64,000 bases of DNA, from NCBI GenBank assembly GCA_029260875.1, contig JAJDCL010000028.1, positions 1,161 to 65,160 of the forward strand, read 5' to 3'. Below the pieces are notes generated by a model, which saw nothing but the letters and a program-made list of their open reading frames with translations, searched no databases and was not told the origin of the DNA. This DNA comes from Candidatus Saccharimonadota bacterium (lineage in GTDB: Bacteria; Patescibacteriota; Saccharimonadia; Saccharimonadales; OFTM59). The translations under genes and the position numbers were made by a program. This document shows, in pieces, positions 63,531 to 64,000 of the stretch. Each line of letters starts with the position of its first letter. The first letter of the stretch is position 1.

Positions 63531-64000
63531 CTACTCTAAAATAACTAATTTTTTCATCTGATCCATCATCATTGCCTGGTTGTCTGAGCTAGGAGTCACG
63601 GTCGCAGCCATGGCACAAACCGCCAACCTTAAACCGTTCACTGGTTGCCCACTTCTTTCTAGGTCAAACGCCTGATCTCCTGCCAGCATAGTCTGAGAGC
63701 TAACGTAACTAGCCAAGTCGCTGAATTCAATCGTCGTTCTGGGCTCTAAAATACTCTCGCAATATTTAGCAAATATAGTCAACTCGTTTTCACTAAGGCC
63801 ACCGTACTGCCGAAGACACAATTCATAGCTATCCCGTTCATCTTTGCTAGCTGCGGCACCCATCGCTGCAGCCGAACAAACTACGATTGCACCGCGATTT
63901 TGAAGATCTGCAAAATCAAGTGTTGTTGCATAATTCATAAGAGCATTTGCCAACCTGCCCTGTTCTGCTTTTTCATGATACCCGTACGGGCCTCGCCCCT
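63531..64000 (-). CDS. Hypothetical protein; the frame stays open to the right edge, so it is probably partial
   Basis: The track gives 63531-63953 with a TTG start. My translation shows the same frame open through 64000 (...GRGPYGYHEKAEQGRLANALMNY...). Confidence 0.4.
   Translation of the reverse strand, partial: GRGPYGYHEKAEQGRLANALMNYATTLDFADLQNRGAIVVCSAAAMGAAASKDERDSYELCLRQYGGLSENELTIFAKYCESILEPRTTIEFSDLASYVSSQTMLAGDQAFDLERSGQPVNGLRLAVCAMAATVTPSSDNQAMMMDQMKKLVILE

Noticed and set aside
1-64000. Alternative genetic code (UGA or UAG reassignment, as in some candidate phyla) as an explanation for the in-frame stops.
   Set aside because: Conserved genes across the window terminate normally at TGA, TAA and TAG and contain no internal stops. 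The only in-frame stops are one TAG and one TAA in two genes, one of which is also frameshifted. That fits decay rather than recoding.

Overview
The window reads as a chromosomal segment of a small-genome, Gram-positive-type bacterium using the standard genetic code. My guess is a CPR/Saccharibacteria-like episymbiont. That guess rests only on gene content: sortase, LysM, single-chain GlyRS, a stripped-down dcw cluster and many orphan genes. Most of the window is tightly packed housekeeping: gltX, der, pth, dprA, topA, mraZ-rsmH-ftsL-ftsI-mraY-ftsW-murG-ftsQ, def, glyQS, recO, xseAB, rpmA and two two-component-like pairs. No rRNA genes or CRISPR arrays were seen.

The stretches worth a second look are:
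1. A compact element of about 4.1 kb inserted at tRNA-Glu(CUC), 14.87-19.01 kb. It carries a large serine recombinase, a stand-alone OLD-family ATPase+TOPRIM nuclease, an sRNA-like three-way-junction module, a 34-aa membrane micro-ORF and a phased iteron array. It is bracketed by degenerate direct repeats derived from the tRNA 3' end plus its terminator.
2. A tRNA-derived but non-cloverleaf 190-nt module, apparently co-transcribed upstream of tRNA-Glu.
3. A umuD-like/umuC pair in which the UmuD homologue has lost its self-cleavage residues.
4. An ORF-free region of about 0.55 kb between pth and dprA. It is packed with helices and has a consensus sigma-70 promoter on the minus strand, so it is a candidate unknown ncRNA locus.
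5. Three disrupted genes: a frameshifted membrane protein, a NUDIX gene with an in-frame TAG plus a frameshift, and a GmhB-like gene with an in-frame TAA.

The window also holds a Doc/AbrB toxin-antitoxin pair, an ECF sigma/anti-sigma pair and several orphan ORFs. All calls come from reading the sequence and the ORF track by eye. No database search or folding program was run.
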